Shown here: positions 44,847 to 46,424 of the stretch, piece by piece
How the letters are laid out: each line of letters begins with the position of its first letter
Position numbering within the stretch: position 1 is the first letter of the stretch
Assembly (NCBI GenBank): GCA_046318155.1
Contig: JBKCUU010000059.1
Span: 1-46,424 of the forward strand
From: Bdellovibrio sp.
GTDB lineage: Bacteria > Bdellovibrionota > Bdellovibrionia > Bdellovibrionales > Bdellovibrionaceae
DNA: 46,424 bases
Direction: 5' to 3'
Position numbers and translations under genes: made by a program
The notes under the pieces: model-generated
The model's input: only the letters and a program-made list of their open reading frames with translations
Databases searched by the model: none
Told to the model about the DNA's origin: nothing

Positions 44847-46424
44847 CGCAGCTCTCCTTCGGGCCTCTTCCAAGGCAAAACTCTATTTTGTCGCCTGAAT
44901 CTTTTCATTCGCCATTCGAGATAGGTGGCCTGCATAGCTGGAACTACAAAAATTGTGAGTAGCATTGAAATCCAAAGCCCACCCGCAACCGCAATGCCTA
45001 AAGGCTGAAGAATCCGTCCACCCTCCCCAAAACCAAGTGCGATGGGAACCATTCCAAGAACTGTCGTCATCGAGGTCATCAGAATCGGTCGCAGACGAGC
45101 CTTTGCCGCCGCAACGGCCGCTTGAAGTGGAGCTTGTCCCTCGGCGACGAGCTTTTTCATAAAGTCGACGAGGATAATGCTATTGGCGACAGCGATTCCA
45201 TTGAGCAGAATCATGCCGAGGACGGAATTGAGCGACAGTGTGCTCTTAAAAACAAACAAGCTCGCCAAGACACCAATCATACCCAGCGGTATCGCAACCA
45301 AGACCAAAAGTGCATCGACCAAATCACCAAAGAGCAAAACCATTGTCACAAAGACAAGCAGAACCGAGAGAGCGAGGGCCCACTTGAGTTGTCCGAGGGC
45401 TTCGCCAATTTCTTTATCTGGGTCTGTCCAGACGACATTGGCGTTCGCTTTAGGGTTTTCAGTTTTCCATTGTGCGAGGATATTCTGGGCCTGCACCTGT
45501 TTTTCTTTAACTAAACTTTTTGACGACTCGTTTTCTCGTCCCGTGATCATTGTCATCTCGCTTTGATTGTAGCGAAATAGCGCGGGCGCTTGCTTCTGCA
45601 TATAAACGTCTGCGAGGGCACTTAAAGGAACGATCTTGCCGCCAAGGTGTAAAGGAAGTGATTTGACCTGATCAACGTCATTGACTCGGCCTTTCGTGAA
45701 TGACAAATCCATCGAATATCTTTGCGTTCCATCCGTGAGCTCTCCGACATACTTTCCCTCGGTAGAGACACGGACAAATTGAGCAAGGTCTGCCACCGAA
45801 AATGTCGATCGCGTGATTTGGGCCATGACGTCAGTGCGTGGTTGCAAAATGATTTGCTCTTCTTGTGTACTATTAGGTCGATTTCGGATACGCGAAAACA
45901 CTTGGGCTTCAGACAATCGGACTTTTAGATCTTCGGCAACTTTCGTGCGATCGACAGGATCACCACCGCGCACCTCAAGCAGCATATTCGGAGGATTTGG
46001 GATCGGAAGCTCAGATGGATTCCAGGGTTCGACCCAATAAAAAGTCGTCGGCGAATTGATATAATCTTCTTCGAGCTGCTTCCAGATCTTGTCCATGTTC
46101 CTTCGGTCTTTGAGGCGGATCATAATCATGCCGTTATTCGCGCCATTGAGCTGGGTAAAGGTATAAGCGGTTTCTTCTTGGTATTTCTGCAAAAGATCAT
46201 ACTCGAGTTTTTCAGTAAACTGATCCAGTTGGCGAGGCTCGGTAAACGTGGGCTTTGAAACACCGAGAATGACCCAATCCGTTTCGGGTCGACCAATAAT
46301 TTCTTTAGGTAGCCCAGGCAAAACAACAACAAGAAGGGCGACCAAAACGGCCGTGAGCGTAGCGTAGGTGGTCCATCGCAAAACACCAGTTCGAATGAAA
46401 TAGTCCAACGCTTTAGCATACGCA
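44843..46424 (-). CDS. RND efflux permease (AcrB/AcrD/AcrF family), C-terminal half; 5' part outside the window
   Basis: RLRPILMTSMTTVLGMVPIALG.GEG...QPLGIAVAGGL; frame open to the window edge. Confidence 0.92.
   Translation of the reverse strand, partial: AYAKALDYFIRTGVLRWTTYATLTAVLVALLVVVLPGLPKEIIGRPETDWVILGVSKPTFTEPRQLDQFTEKLEYDLLQKYQEETAYTFTQLNGANNGMIMIRLKDRRNMDKIWKQLEEDYINSPTTFYWVEPWNPSELPIPNPPNMLLEVRGGDPVDRTKVAEDLKVRLSEAQVFSRIRNRPNSTQEEQIILQPRTDVMAQITRSTFSVADLAQFVRVSTEGKYVGELTDGTQRYSMDLSFTKGRVNDVDQVKSLPLHLGGKIVPLSALADVYMQKQAPALFRYNQSEMTMITGRENESSKSLVKEKQVQAQNILAQWKTENPKANANVVWTDPDKEIGEALGQLKWALALSVLLVFVTMVLLFGDLVDALLVLVAIPLGMIGVLASLFVFKSTLSLNSVLGMILLNGIAVANSIILVDFMKKLVAEGQAPLQAAVAAAKARLRPILMTSMTTVLGMVPIALGFGEGGRILQPLGIAVAGGLWISMLLTIFVVPAMQATYLEWRMKRFRRQNRVLPWKRPEGELR

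Overview
This window is the replication-origin region of a bacterial chromosome, about 48% GC by eye. Gene order and protein style suggest Bdellovibrionota or a related predatory deltaproteobacterial lineage (inference, not a database result). Left of oriC, mostly on the - strand: a complex I operon holding only the seven membrane subunits (nuoA-H-J-K-L-M-N), mfd, a beta-barrel protein, an exported GH3/NagZ, atpF'FHAGDC, bactofilin-parB-parA, two parS sites bracketing an uncharacterised lipoprotein gene, and rsmG-mnmG-mnmE-jag-yidC-yidD-rnpA-rpmH. Right of it, on the + strand: dnaA-[oriC]-dnaN-recF-gyrB-gyrA, a TPR lipoprotein and atpZ. Next come an NhaR-like LysR gene with a second, mirror-symmetric DnaA-box array, then atpI-atpB-atpE, and a convergent TolC plus truncated RND pair. 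I saw no mobile elements, CRISPR, rRNA or tRNA. The most notable unexplained structures are non-coding: (1) a symmetric 3+3 DnaA-box array with an AT-rich tract ~9.3 kb from oriC, directly upstream of the Fo genes; (2) a lipoprotein gene sandwiched between two parS sites, one covering its ribosome-binding region; (3) possible ion-coupling and regulatory peculiarities of the Fo genes. All protein calls come from motif recognition, not searches.
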